DNA from: Perkinsus chesapeaki ATCC PRA-425 | Lineage: Eukaryota > Protista > Perkinsozoa | Length of the DNA: 53,680 nucleotides | Assembly: GCA_013115145.1 (NCBI GenBank) | Contig: JAAPAO010000199.1 | Span: forward strand, 1-53,680 | Direction of reading: 5' to 3' | In this document: positions 14,201 to 27,500 of the stretch, in pieces | How the letters are laid out: each line of letters starts with the position of its first letter | Position numbering within the stretch: position 1 is the stretch's first letter | Notes under the pieces: model-generated | The model's database searches: none | What the model saw: only the letters and a program-made list of their open reading frames with translations | What the model was told of the DNA's origin: nothing | Made by a program: the position numbers and the translations under genes

Positions 14201-17200
14201 TTATACATGCTTAAGCTTTCGTCGATTGTCCCGTTCTTTCCAGGATCAGCGGATTCGCTCTCCAAAAGAGGCTCCCAAGCCACCGCCACCGGATTGAAGA
14301 ACTGCGATGCGATTTCAGCATTAATAGCATTTGTGGCTCGCTGGGTGACCAGCACGCCATGACCTGGGCCCACCCTCCGGCCACGGCGTCGAGATGACAC
14401 ACTACCGCTCCTCGGTGAATCATTGTCGAGGACGACACTATCGATTTCATCGAGGCTAAAGGGACTTCCTGTACTGCCGCCGTTATGCGTCATTTGGCAG
14501 TTTGCTATGAGAATATTCACAAACGGTGTGTTCGTCGTCCGACCAGAATCATTTACCAGTGTCAAATTGATCCGATGGAAGACCAAATCAAAGTCTGCCC
14601 GATGGACCGTACACACTTCATCAACTGGCTTTGGAGTTGCTGTGCTCGACGATGGTGACACATCACTGACCATGTCACCAGACTGGTCCTCATCTTTCCC
14701 TCCGCTGCCATCAGTCAAGGCCTCCTCCTCTTCCTCCCCACCTGACGCATACTTCATCAGCAACTCGTAGCTTGCCATTATTTGCATTATGTCAGAGTAG
14801 CTAACGTTGATATGAAGTGGCTCGAAATTCAAATGGATCGATTTGTTCTCGGTGATGAGTTTGTCAGATTCATAATCAGTCTCAATCAAGACGCTCACGA
14901 AAGCATCACAATCGTTCACAATTGCCCTCGCCTGCCCGCCAACCCCATCCGACCCCACCGTGATTGCGCTTGACTCAGATATCGGAGAAGTGGCCGCCAC
15001 CTCACGCCTCTTCCACTCTTTCTCCAATCGATTGAGAGTATCGAAATCGTTGGTAGTAAAAAGCGTTCCGTTATGCAGAGTCACCTTGGTGTTCATCGAC
15101 CCTGCTGTCGGCCCCCGGCTCGGAGAGGAGGTCCGTTCAACTTGGCAAACAACTGTTCCCCTCGTCACGAGCAGTCTCGAATCTGGTTCCTCCGTCGCCG
15201 GTAAGATGATGCTCGAGTCTATCAGGTTTGCTGTCACCACCATACTAGAATCATTTGCCTCCTGATTCGCACCATCGCTCTTTTGAAGGGTACTAGTATC
15301 ATCTTCGATAGCATCGCCGCCCACGGCGACGGAGGCGGCGCTCCTCGGTGGTGGAGGAGGGAGGGGTGTTAAAGGTATCCTGAAATATACAAACCTCTGC
15401 GGTGGTGGTGGTGGGACAACAAAACGAAAGTCTGGGCATTCTCCCTAGTGTGACTGCTGCTATGCCAGGACAACGATCATCAATACCATACTATACCGTA
15501 CGAAACCGATTGAATTGCCAACACCTATTATGTTATCGTTCGGATAATATTATCCAAGTTAAGGCTGTTATGAGCAAGATACCCTGTGGAGCTTCTATGG
15601 CTCATGACTCTCTCAGGAGGATGGGTCCTGCTGCATTATCACCGGCATGAGGATGAGGACGAGTAGTTGGTGAACGATTATTTCACATTATAACGTTTAA
15701 ATATATTTCTATAATAATCATTTACATACAATAAATTATATAATTGTCAATGTAAACGAACCCATACAAGCTCTATAATCCTAACCTCTATACCTCCCCC
15801 CTCCTCCACATTCACCTACTCTTCATCTTGGCTCATAACGCCACCATAATCTTCATCATCATCCAAGGAGTAATAGCCCGACGAATCCACACTTTCACCG
15901 TCCCCAATCTCCGAGCTATTAGCTGTAAACATCCTCTCCAGCGGCCGATCAGTCTCCGTAGGGATGTCAGCCACCAAAGGGATGTCATCACGACTCGTAT
16001 CACCGGAAACAGATGGTATAAACTGCGCCCAAATATATTGCCAGACTCTCTGGACCGCGCGCCGCAAAATCCATACTCGCACCCCAGACAAGTCCACCTT
16101 AACGCCCATGTTGTGACCAGGGAACTCCTGGCTCGGATCGTCCGGAGAATAGGTTTTCAGTTCAAGCACGAAGATGTACTCGTCACCCGGCCTTAGACTC
16201 AGCAAGGGCAACGACGCTCCTCGACCACTTGGTGGCAGATATGTAAAAGTTAGGTTGCCGATCTTAACGTGGAGTCTCATACCATAACTCCGCATGCTCA
16301 GGTTTACACTACTATGTGTCATCTCGCTGCAGGCGAACGGCCCGTCCTTCTCAGAGTTCTCCTCAAACCATTCGACCGACATAGCAGACCACACAAAAAC
16401 CAATCGCCAGTCGGCATAGGTATCTCCATCGGGGGTGTAGACAAGGGAGGGTGGGGCTGTTGCCTTCCCAGTAGGTACCAATGTAGAGTAATCACTAGCC
16501 GAACTTTTGGTATCATCCAACAGGTCCCCAGCAGCAGCAGCGGTTGGCAGGTCATTAACGGGCATGTTCCGGATGAAGCCAACCAACGCACGCCAAAGCT
16601 TCGGGCGGAAGAACGCCTTGACAGCGCCGAGCTTGAAGTTAAAAAGCATCTTAGATTTCTGTCCCTTTTCATCCATAGCGATTTTTCTATCAGAAATGAA
16701 CACTGTTATATCCACCAGCTCCTCCGCCGTGTCGCTCATCAACATCTCATCAGGGCCGTTCATTATGCTCAGAGCCTTCAGTCCAAATGACAGCTTCGTG
16801 TACATATGATGGACCTTCACCATCGCCGATATAGCACTCGCTGTCAAATCAATCGTCGACCCTTCAATGCAGCTGATACTCACCATCGTATTCGAAATAG
16901 ACAGCTCAACCGACACAAAACTGGCCCAGTTGAGTTGCTCCTCCTCACCAATCGAAGATGACTTATCCTTCTTATGTGAACTATCTTGAATGCCCTCCTC
17001 AGCCGGTAACACGAAATTAAGACCCGTGGACTGCCCCGGTTGGTGCCCCGTCACGCGCCCCAGATTTGGTATTTTCTTTCCCCCGGGAGATTGCCCAGCA
17101 CCCGGTTGCCCCCCGGCAGCAGCTGAGGGACTCGATAACAGCAACCGCATCGCACGAACCAAGGCGTGATACTTATTAACATCCAAAGATATTTTTAGAG

Positions 17201-20200
17201 GTTGATTGATGTCACCCCTGAGCCGCACTCTTGTCGGTGCCGGGACCAGCATACCACTTTCCGCGTTGTCATCGATACTAAGTGGCTTTGATATGATAAA
17301 CACCCTCATTGCCAAATCCATATTATCTAGAATGGACCCCTGCCGGCCACCCGACCTCAGCAGCTCCGCTCGCACGCCTGTCATACCGATTCTCCAGACA
17401 TCAACTGTTGGATTGGTAAGTCCTTTCTCCCGCCCGCAAACCTCCGCAACCTCCCCTTTAAGATTTACTTCTTGCATATCCTTCCGAGTGAGTGAACAGA
17501 GAGCGAATGTGCCGAGATTGAGGCTGATGTAAATGCCCGAGTTATACGTGTGGACAGGGAGCAATACCGTAGGGGCCGCGATCCTTACCTGATCACAGAA
17601 AGACAACATGCTTCTACTATTAATAACTACAACAAGGAGTTTGACAGATCGTTACGAAGAATTAGGTGTTTTGTGGAGGGGTTTGAAATATATCCTCGCT
17701 TTATATACACAAGATGATAATAGAAACGATTGGTGATCGGAATTCCCGATCGGAATGATCGGAATCGCTATTGTCAAGAATTGTGTATACGAAACTGGAT
17801 GACACCGACATTATACCTTAACATATTTCTTTCCACACACTTCTATTCGACCTTAAGATACCCGAACCAATCCAAACACTCACTTTAACTTTTAATTTCC
17901 TATCATCCGGTTTAACCAAGGACCTCAGCCCTGCCGCCGTTCCTCCAACCAACTGTTGCTGCATTGCTATCAGCTTATCCCACTGTCTCACACCTTCCCA
18001 CCAAGACGCCTTATTCGCCGCGACCGCCGGGACGGTCGCCTTGTCCGTAGTCGAGCCCATCACCAGTAGCTCAGCAAGGAGAGTCCTATCGTATAGGATA
18101 GCTAACTTCGCCGCTGTCAGAACTGCTTCTTTTGGGTTTAATACGAGGCTCAATAGATCTCCCTCCTCGTCGACACCATCCGTATCTTCTCCCGAACTTT
18201 CCCGTTTTAGTATGTCGTACTAAGGAAATGAAAAATACAGATTTTCAAACCGACAATGAAGCCTGTCAATGTGACTACGGAATGAGACTGAGTCTACTGG
18301 AGCAACAGTGATATACGAAAGAGACAGAAAGCGACACAATGCTATGGAGCAAAACATCTGCTTGTGAACTACACGGAAATTTTTAAGCATATATTTTTTC
18401 CTCCTAACCTTCAGTGAAGACCACGTGTATAGGAGACTAAGTGGATGTGTAAATATATTATTGATAAAAGCCATACAACACCAGGCCACTCTATAGCTCG
18501 AATCTCGGAGCCTGGACCAGAGAGCGATCAAATAACTTTTTTCACAAAAGTGTAATAATTCCACTCTCCATGATAGCTCTTCATCCTTCAGTTGGGATAA
18601 AACGCTACATTTCCGACTCGATGAGATTTCACGAACCACATAAGATACACCCGGCATCAACGGCCACAACAACAGTCTTACCAATCTTCCATTCTTCTTC
18701 GCAATAACATCTGCATTCCCCAAACTCGCCTTAAGCCTGTAATCTGTACCGGATACCGTACATGTGATAGAAACATCGTGGAGGCTGCCGAGGCTATAAA
18801 CACTTCGACTTGGCTCCAGACGAACACTTGCGAGCCGCATGTAGAGGGAGATGGTTATCGACTCTGATTCCGGTACCAACAAGCTTGATACCAACGCAGA
18901 GTAGGACTCTGAAAAATATATCAATAACCAAATATATACGACAACATATCATACCGAATATTAACACATGGAAGGGAATGGCGAGGCATGCTGACTCTGT
19001 CCGACTGCGAGAATAGTTTTCCCATTTTTCTATCAAATTTGACAATTTTTATTTCCTCTGTTAAAATTCCCGTTAAGGCTCTCTCTACCCCCGAGGGACA
19101 CTTAAACAGATTAATCTAAACTTGAGCTACGCAGACTGTGACCAGCAGTAATGCTAGTTTTATCGGGAATCCTCAGATACCACTACCCAAAGGAACCAGT
19201 GAAGTTCCTATCAATATTTCATATCGATTCGATGCCGAAGAAGCTTAGGTATATACTGTCACCACCACCATGGAGACACCCATCACCACCCTCAGCTCAC
19301 CTTGTGTTCGTTTACCATCATCATCACCAATACTCTTCTTCGATGCATCATCAACTTCTTGTGGTTTAACTCCCCAAAACCAGGCCACCCATCCTTGACC
19401 TGATCACATCTGATTTCGTGGCGCGTGAAATATAAACAACACATCAATGCTCATGACGCGGAGTAAATCCCTATCGGGCCAATTACTCACCTTGAGCCGC
19501 CTTAGTTTGCCTCGCTTCTCGAGCCAGCCGAGCTCCGACAACCTGAATAAAAACTGTCCAGAAAAATACGTAAAAGATACGCCGAATTTTGATAATAATG
19601 AAAAAATTAAAAAATAGTAAATAAGATAATAAAACTATTATCATAAAATCGATAAACAGGGCAAATTAAAACACGGTCAATCATCACTATCAAAAGTAAA
19701 CAATAGCACTATAAAATGCCTTACACACCAACTGCCATTTTTTCGTCATACTTTTCCAGATATTTAGTTTTAAACAGTTAACCGCTAGTTCCCGTAGCTG
19801 TTGCCATCACTGACCTAGACTACTTCTCTCACAAAAGCGCACTACACAATTTATGTAACATAAAATCCCTCCGCATCCACCTCCTCACCTGCATTCTCCA
19901 TCTCACCAAGTCCTCTGACTTCATTGCCACTTCTAGGTCATCTTCCCTATCCTCCACAGGGTTAATGCATGTCGACAATGGTCCAATAGGGCTGATTGCT
20001 CCTACATGTGGCTCGGACGGGGCCGGCAGAAGACAACCAAAGACTTCATTTTCTAAGAGATAAGACAACGTGCGGTTAAAGGTTAAATGAGATCTACAAG
20101 CGCCCAAACAACGCCGACGCTTCGAGTGTGGAAGGAGGAATGAGGTTCATTGATAACCGCGTCGTGAATATGGCAACTAAATGAATATAAACTTGCTATA

Positions 20201-23200
20201 ATAAATCATATTATTTTTCGTCAACAGCTCAGCGCAATAGACCTCGCGAGCACCAGTATAAACTAGATAGACCAGCCCGGTATAGTCCCAGAAACGCGTT
20301 CGGGTGCTCCCCTCGATTAGAGGGTTCACAGTAGTGGTGCGGAACTGCCGCCGCGGCGGTAGCATACATTTTAAGCATAATCTCCATCATCTATATAATG
20401 GTATGATATTAAAGCTTGAAAGCCGATAACTATTCATTATTATTCAAAGTCCCTACCAACATGTTACAACTACGTACGGTCATCTCCACCTCAAATCCAA
20501 TGCTTCTCATTACCATTATATTCTTCAACTGACTTTTCCTCTTCACTATCATCATCATCCTCCTCAATACTATCCTCCTCAGATGAGCTGCTGTTGCTTC
20601 GCTCCGCCGTACCACCGATACTTCTTTTTTTATTTTTCCTTTCAATCCTATGAAGCGTCGCCTTATATTTTCTCTGCTGCACCAACCGCATCAAATTCTC
20701 ATCAGTAAATACCTCCCCCAGCAACCTTACAAAGATGCATCCAATCCGACCTTAAAAATATCTTTACTTTGGCATGCCACTCTCCTGTCCAAGCTCCCTT
20801 CTAGTTTGCCGTATATCCCTCACCACACAGCCCACTGCATATCTCCACATCATCCTCGCGGTCCCTAACCCGCGCAGGTTCGATCCCCGGGCCCGGCATT
20901 ATTACTCTCAGGATGTCCCTCTTCCCTTAAAGGTCGCCATGGCCACACATATCTCACTCTCCTCTCAATAGCGCTCCGATAGGCATTGTAATCCGAAAAC
21001 AAAGAAGCAGTCCGCAGAATACCGGCATATCTAAAACCGTAAAACATGAATCGCTTCGCTCCGCCCTCCTCTTACTGTGATTTCGTCATCCTCATAGACA
21101 CAGCGTCCAGTGCTCCAGTGAGCTGGATTTTCGGTACGAAGTTCGGATCGTCTGGAGGCAGCTTCTTCGCCACCGGAGTTCGTATCATCCTCAGCGAACC
21201 GGACACGGGCTCTATCTGACACGCTAACCATCGAACGACCCGGGTTCGAACCCCGCATGTGGTACTATATAATTTTTATCCTCCCCGCTTTCCCCATCTT
21301 CATATTCCTCATCGTCATCAAAGCTAGTAAAGCTGCTGGTATCAAATGATACTCGTGAGGAGGTGCCCCGCGATCGGGCCGGTGTCTCTCCTTGAGGGGT
21401 ATCTTTGGTCTTCAATAACATAAATGGATTCCAGTAAGCCCCAAGCCGCTCTAGACGAACCAACTTATACCTACTCAGGAACAATAATATGCTGACTAAT
21501 TCAACATCGCCGTGGGAGCTTCTTCCTATTAATACCGTCACTCTACAGGAACCTTTTAAACTTCATTTCCCTTTTATTCGATGTGGAGCTATCAACCCGA
21601 CTACACCTATCCATCCACAGTGGGGGTTCCCCGCCGCTAATGTTGCACTCAAATATACATTCAAAACTTGTCGACCTTCTTCTCGCAAGGTTCCCCTCAA
21701 TTTCTCTCCTCCTCAGTTTTCCCCCATCTCTACTACATCCTTGTATCATCCTTCCTACTATCCCCTACAACCTGATGACCATTTGATGATGATGCCTTCC
21801 TATCAACAAAGACTGGTGTCCAAGATGAGTCTGTTGTTGTCATAGTAAAGCCTTGTAATGTTATACCACAAGCACCACCTAAATAATAGCAACAACATCC
21901 ATACCGCTCCCTCCGCTAACATTTAATATTCCTTGCACGTAGGTATGTATAAGTATCTTTTATTCGGGATTAATATTACTACCGTTTCACCGGACGAGGG
22001 TTGTATAGTATTAATGAGACATCCCCACATAAACTGGGGAATCTCAGCGAGGATTAGAACCCGCGACCTTCCGAACGACAGCCCACCATCCTATCCAACT
22101 GACCTGTTGTATGCTCCGCATTACTGTAGGCGTATCTTATATGTATATTAGACACTCTCAGTTCGACATTATCTGCCATTTTACGACATATCGAAGCGAT
22201 GTACCTTGAAAAAGGCCAACATTTGTATACATTCCACGGCCGGCAAATTTTGAATTTGAATCTCCTATTCATACGAGCGCTCATCGCCTCATGACTGCGT
22301 CCGTAGACGCTCCTTCACAGAACCAGCGCCAACCAGTCGGCCGCTGATAGATATAGCGGACTTCCTCGCACGTTAAGTAAAATGAAGTTTAGGGAAGTCC
22401 CGGACTACCTGGACTCACGGGCGATGTTATGTGAGACGCATATTAGAGAATATACCAGAAAAAAATAGGAAAAATTTCCGAACAATCATCCACCCAAATC
22501 CAGAAGTCCTATGTGTCTCCAGACTTAGAGTATTCGATCCGACTTGATGACGACTGAAGGCTCATCACAGACCGGTACGATGTTATTGATCCATCGCCCC
22601 CCTTGCCACCGCCGCCCAATTAACTAATACCCTTCTCTCTCTGGTTTATCCTTTTTATCATCTTTCCTTTTATTATTGTTTTGTTGTTCTTCCTCTTCTT
22701 CAAACACTTCTTGTTGAGCCATAACCTCACATTGCATATCCACCGCTGTGGCAAGCTTCTTACGAGAAGCTTTTAATCGAGAAACTTCGTACCTGGACAG
22801 GATCAGCTGGAATGATGGAAGTCTGATGGAAAAGGTAATATATCATCTCTACAGTGCTATAGATGATAATGTAGAACGTAATATTGATAAATACAATACG
22901 CCGACCGTGAGTTGATTCTACACACTTGTATATGGGAATCACTGCGCATCAAACCGCACTGTGAAATTTCAATAGCATCATCCGCGGCAGAGCACTCGGT
23001 GGTGGTGGTGAACAATAACTACCAAGGATATTGGTTATTGTATATTAGACACTGCTGTAGATATAACTACACTTTCCGATGATAAATGAACATCATAGTA
23101 ACTATTGTAAATATTAACGATGTATAACAATCTGGTGATATATCCCCCACTCACTCCTGACTCCATTCCTCTCTCTTTTTAGGTTCGACAACTAAATAAA

Positions 23201-23790
23201 GATTATCTAGCTCAATAACAATCGGTGATGACCCGAGCCTATTCCATGGTACCTGTAGAAGAGGATTTAAATATTATTAGGAATTACTATTTAATATATA
23301 ATGGAAGGCCGAGGGCTCAGTATGAGTTTGAGCAAATGGCGTCAAAGGGTTATACTATAAAGTTCGATGGGAAATATTATATCTTTTTCAAAGATAAACC
23401 TTAAATCTCCAGAGAGCCCTCGGTCGAGTTAAGGCCTATTTTACTGCGTGTAACTACATTATCATATCAACCAAATTACTATATAAATAATTTATATTGA
23501 CTTTTACACTTATTTGTTATTTGATTCACCTTCATGAAAGTGTAGATCAATATCAAGACAATATTAATTCTTATAATAGTACAACCTACATAGACATGGA
23601 GGCTGCCTAATTTCCCATGGATCAGTTTGACCGGCAAATGTAGCATATCGACCGCTTCCTTTTTGAAGTCGACATTTTGCAGATGGACATGTCCGCTGTA
23701 GACACCGATGCTGAGGTTCTTCTCGTCAAGCCCATCAAAGTAGTCTCCTAGGTATTTGGATAGATACCTACTCACTATACCCTCAAACAT
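5258..23790 (-). CDS. VPS13: VPS13/chorein-family bridge-like lipid transfer protein, many exons
   Basis: Chorein_N: MFEGIVSRYLSKYLGDYFDGLDEKNLSIGVYSGHVHLQNV, VPWNRLGSSPIVIELD, DNVELRVSNIHIRY, YKLVRLERLGAYWN. VAB-type: YAPYSIRN, RPFSIDTVG, WSGQLAVD. C-terminal: MGSADAIGNPIGLF..ISDLFYEP and GLGKGILRGVGGLVTKP. All collinear on minus. The 3' end is approximate. Confidence 0.93.
9717..9764 (+). pseudogene. tRNA-derived 3' fragment filling a 48-nt VPS13 intron, antisense to host
   Basis: AAGGTCGCAGGTTCGACCCGCAGCGAGGGCA; position-73 A at 9758 and host donor GT at 9764. Removing the intron restores WGW-SGQLAVD. Confidence 0.6.
11596..11644 (-). repeat. 49-nt VPS13 intron beginning with the GCGGAGCGAAGCG dispersed element
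   Basis: GTTAGCGGAGCGAAGCGATTTTTG...TTTTAG; same core at 21045-21064, 43891-43924 and 52337-52358. Confidence 0.7.
20865..20905 (+). pseudogene. tRNA-derived T-arm/acceptor fragment filling a 41-nt VPS13 intron, antisense
   Basis: CCCGCGCAGGTTCGATCCCCGGGCCCGGCA; B-box 20877-20888, A73 at 20898, donor at 20905. Splicing restores frame into TARMMWRYA. Confidence 0.6.
21031..21075 (-). repeat. 45-nt VPS13 intron carrying the GCGGAGCGAAGCG element
   Basis: Splicing gives MTKSQ-YAGIL in frame; last 34 nt are 31/34 identical to 43891-43924. Confidence 0.75.
21216..21265 (+). pseudogene. tRNA-derived 3' fragment filling a 50-nt VPS13 intron, antisense
   Basis: GACCCGGGTTCGAACCCCGCATGTGGTAC; the tRNA A73-C74 positions are the complement of the donor GT. 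Splicing gives NYI-IEPVSGSLRM. Confidence 0.6.
22040..22104 (-). pseudogene. tRNA-like element (A-box and B-box) at the start of VPS13 intron 4, sense to host
   Basis: GGTCAGTTGGATAGGATG...GAAGGTCGCGGGTTCTAATCCTCGC; D-loop-like sequence begins at the donor GT; no acceptor stem. Confidence 0.5.
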
Positions 23791-24502
23791 TAGGTGTTGG
23801 AGGAGAGAGCGGTATGAATATAATGGTGATAAAAATGAACTATTATATATGTTGATACTGTTAACGCAATCAACCTTTTTTATTAGGATACCGAATATAA
23901 CTAATTACGAATTGAGGTGATGTTGTTAAAGCCTTCAGGCTTATGTGAGCTCTATTGACTGATATAAGCTTCATATATCTATTACAATTGCTTATTGTAT
24001 ATGTTGCTTATAGTTATTACTTATTGCACTTGTCGATTACATATAAAATCAATATTATTGAACTTTGATGTTTATTATTAAACATGCGGTTAGTGGTGCA
24101 TATATATTTATATATATTTCATAACGATTGTACCTGTTAAACACTTTTCCTTCTTCAAAGTGACACGAAGGGGAGGGAGAGAAATAGCGCTGAATTTTTC
24201 GCGCGCCACGAAATTAAATAACGCAGAGCAAAATTTAAGTCATTTTTCGGAGAAAATGGAGGAGAAATGGATTTCTAATTTTGTGAGGACTTGGGAGAGA
24301 ATCTTATGTTGAAGTAGGTAAGATACGAACGAGGTCAGACTGGTAACGTGTACAGCGTTGAAGGAGCTATACCCATAGTATTGGCCATGTACTTTCGAGC
24401 GAAATATTTACTGGGCGAACGAAATGAAATGCTCGATAAAATGACTTCCATTATTTCCCCCGCTTTGAAGGCCTTCATCATATATCAATTTTTCTATCAG
24501 AA
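23791..24502. promoter_or_regulatory. Divergent VPS13/ADA2 intergenic region, probable bidirectional promoter
   Basis: 712 bp between opposed ATGs, AT-rich, with TTTCGCGCGCCACGAAAT at 24197-24214 and a pyrimidine-AG acceptor 2 nt before the ADA2 ATG. Confidence 0.5.
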
Positions 24503-27500
24503 ATGCCATCAAACGAAACTGTTAAGGACGAAAAAACAATAAGTAGATACCTGTGGACCGCATCTAGTAAAGGCTGTTATTAGGAACCAATTGCATCAAC
24601 TGTGGAGTATCTTTGTTAAAAACCGAAGGGCATATTCGTTGTAAAGGAAAAGACTACTGTGGGACTTGCTACGTTGCAGCCGGTAAGAAAGTGGAGGTAC
24701 CGGGGATCGAACCAGGGTCCTCAGAAACACTACGAGAGCAGCCTTACTCCATCATACCACCTCTGACGTTCACACTTGAAAAAGGTGAGTTTCACGAGAC
24801 GTATCGATTACATATCTCTCGCAGATGAAGAGAACAATATATGGAGTGTGGCAGATACATTGGCACTACTTGACGCGGTGGCAAAGGTAAGGAGGGGTCC
24901 AGGGATACAGGAAATACAGCTGTTATAGTTAACATGTTATATGTACAGCTATTATTATAATATATATAATAACAATATGCAATATACTAATATGTAGTTT
25001 TATTAGTCTGCTTGGAAATGCAATCAGTCTGCTGCTGAAAAATACAAGTCATTTTGGTAAGTATAGATGTGAAAATTCGTCCAGCGAGAGATTGAGTCTT
25101 CAACTCCAGTGTAAAATAGTTCCCTTAAAGATTCTTTTTAAGGTCGGTGTTGGTTCTTGGGATGAAGTATTAAGAAGGATGCATCAAGCCGGAGCAGCGT
25201 TGCCGCCGAGTTCAATTGACCCTCCACAATGTCGATCGAGATTCATGTCACTGTGAGTCAGGCCTCGTTGGTGGCAGCATGGAATGACTTATAGGTGTTT
25301 TCGCCCAGGGAAAGTTTACTCGGAAAATCTTTGGCCCACCCGAAATATCTCTCGGCCTTCCTCGCTTGGAGCTGTAAAATACCTTCACCGAATTGTCGTA
25401 GCTTATCGGGAGTTTCAGGGAACTATCGTTTAGCCTTCGTATAGATCGGTGATTATCTTTGAAGAGTAAGTGATGCTGGTGGTAGGTATTCGACGTGGAT
25501 AGCAACTTGTTCGGCGGAGAAGTCTGACGTGGATGACACTATATCGAGCCAGGTTATGGATGGCGAGCATTGTGCTGTTATGAACCCTATGGCTGACCAT
25601 GATGGACCAGTAAGTATTCATACCGCTCTCTCCGCTAAGTTGTGATGTTTGTATGGGGTGCCTGTATATGGGAGAGATTGTTGTATATAGTAAAAATAGG
25701 ATCTTTTTGAGGGTGGTCCCCACGAGGGTTGATTAAGGAGACACGAGGAAAACCTATGGTGCTCCCAGAAGAAGCGTATCTCTGGCGTGAAGCAGCAGCA
25801 GCAAATACTGAATGATAAAATGGTGGATGATAAAAAGTGATGGCTTAATAGTAGCTTAATATGGCGGTTGCTGCCCCTTGATGGTCGCGTAAATACCACC
25901 GCTTATCTTATAAATAACATATCTTAGGCCTATGAAATCGAAACAACTTGAGGAATTGCCAATTTTCAAGAAGTCACTTTTTAATGCCGTGAAAGCTATA
26001 TTTCCCCAGAGGTTCATTTACTCATGAGCTTTTGATACAGTAATGCATCCATCACTATCAACATTTGTATTAATTTTAGCGGCGTGAGGTGCTGCTATGA
26101 GTGATGCTTCGAAGCTCGAAGCTAGGATATTATGACATGAATCATTTGTATGACTCCTACTATCATTAGTCACCACCATCATCACTATCATCATCGCCAT
26201 TGGTTCATGAAAATCTGAATTATCGATGATGTTGATAGTGCATGATAATATTTTGTGGAACCCGGACCTCTTGAATAGAATGCTGTTATCATTCCTTGTT
26301 TGGTCTATTTACCACTTAATATGACAAGATTGAATCTATTAAGGTGATGAGGAGGAGATAACAACAGCTGAAAAGATAATCTACCTTTAACCGAAGCCAA
26401 TACTTGAGTCACTCACAAGACTTTGGGATCTACGCTGTGGTCAGGTTGTCGATACGGTGTTGGGGAAACGCAAGCGGAGCGATGCTTCGACGGGAAATGA
26501 TTCTGATAAGTAGTATTGTTAAGTTGCTGTCTATTTGTAAGTTATAACTTAAGATTTATACTTGGTTACACTCCCCGTAGAGGGGACTTCGAGGTTGATT
26601 ATGACGATTGTGCGGAACTGTTGCTTGCGGACATGGAGTTCCAACCGGAGGAGCGGAAAGAGGATGAAAAAGTTAAAGTTGGTAGGCAAGGTTGAGTCAT
26701 GGTTTGGAGCTCACTTTTTGCCGAGAGAGCAATTTTCTCCGGTCTAAAACCGCGCGTGTTAATTCGGTGATCGATTTGAGGAATGAAGCAACTGCAATTG
26801 GAACTGGAAGCCCCCCAGTTCATCAAGAAAGCCACCGGAATCTCTTGGAAAAAAACGAAATTTTCCCTATGTTTTAACGTTTCTACCTCAGATGTGCTCC
26901 TTGCCTATAATGCACGGCTGTCGCTACGAGAACAGATGAAGCGTTACGTGGTTCGACGTGAAATGGTGATGCAGAAGCCTCCACCGGTGGCCATGAATCC
27001 GAGGTCGGGAGGAGTACCCCCCATGCCCCCTGTTAACGCTAACACTCGAGCAGGTGAGATGATTGATGTTCGGTGAAGATGGAAGTTGGTCAAGTTGTAG
27101 GTCAAATATTAAATCGATTATTCCGACCAGTGGAAAGATTCTTCAACTCTAATGAAGACTGTGATGAGTTCAAACAGGTAAGATATTTTATATAGTGCGC
27201 AATATGATATCTTCTACTCGGTTACTCTGGGCAAGTTAATGAACTCGGTGGTCTTTCCGACGGATTTCAAATCCCTCGGCAAATCCCGTTCCCCAAAAAT
27301 TTAGTGCATTGAATCCCATTCCAGCCCCGTCTCCGGCCACCTGTGAAAGATAACGTGTGACTGCCGTCACAGTTTAACTTGTCAACTGGTCTTCACCGTG
27401 GTAGTTTTCGAATGGAATTATTCATCACCTACTACCTGTCAGTGTTAAGGTGGCGTATTGTGTTTAACGTAGTCGTGCTTTCTGTATTGTTTCGTTTTTC

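Noticed and set aside
16269-16809. Long plus-strand ORFs opposite VPS13 (also 14423-14770 and similar)
   Set aside because: Antisense shadows of the long VPS13 exons with no protein-like features.
17735-17765. GATCGGAAT three times, adapter-like
   Set aside because: Does not continue as GAAGAGC; short local repeat in an intron.
19491-19498. GGCTCAAG followed by GT on minus, resembling a spliced-leader 3' end
   Set aside because: Upstream bases do not match the SL, and it reads as VPS13 coding sequence (RRLK) at a normal donor.
24590-24680. LIM-domain reading of CINC...YCGTCY
   Set aside because: The downstream SANT and DFEVDYDD..AELLLADMEF motifs identify ADA2, so this is a reduced ZZ finger.
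24692-24764. Functional tRNA or tmRNA end
   Set aside because: D and anticodon stems do not pair, position 8 is not T, and there is no tmRNA body.
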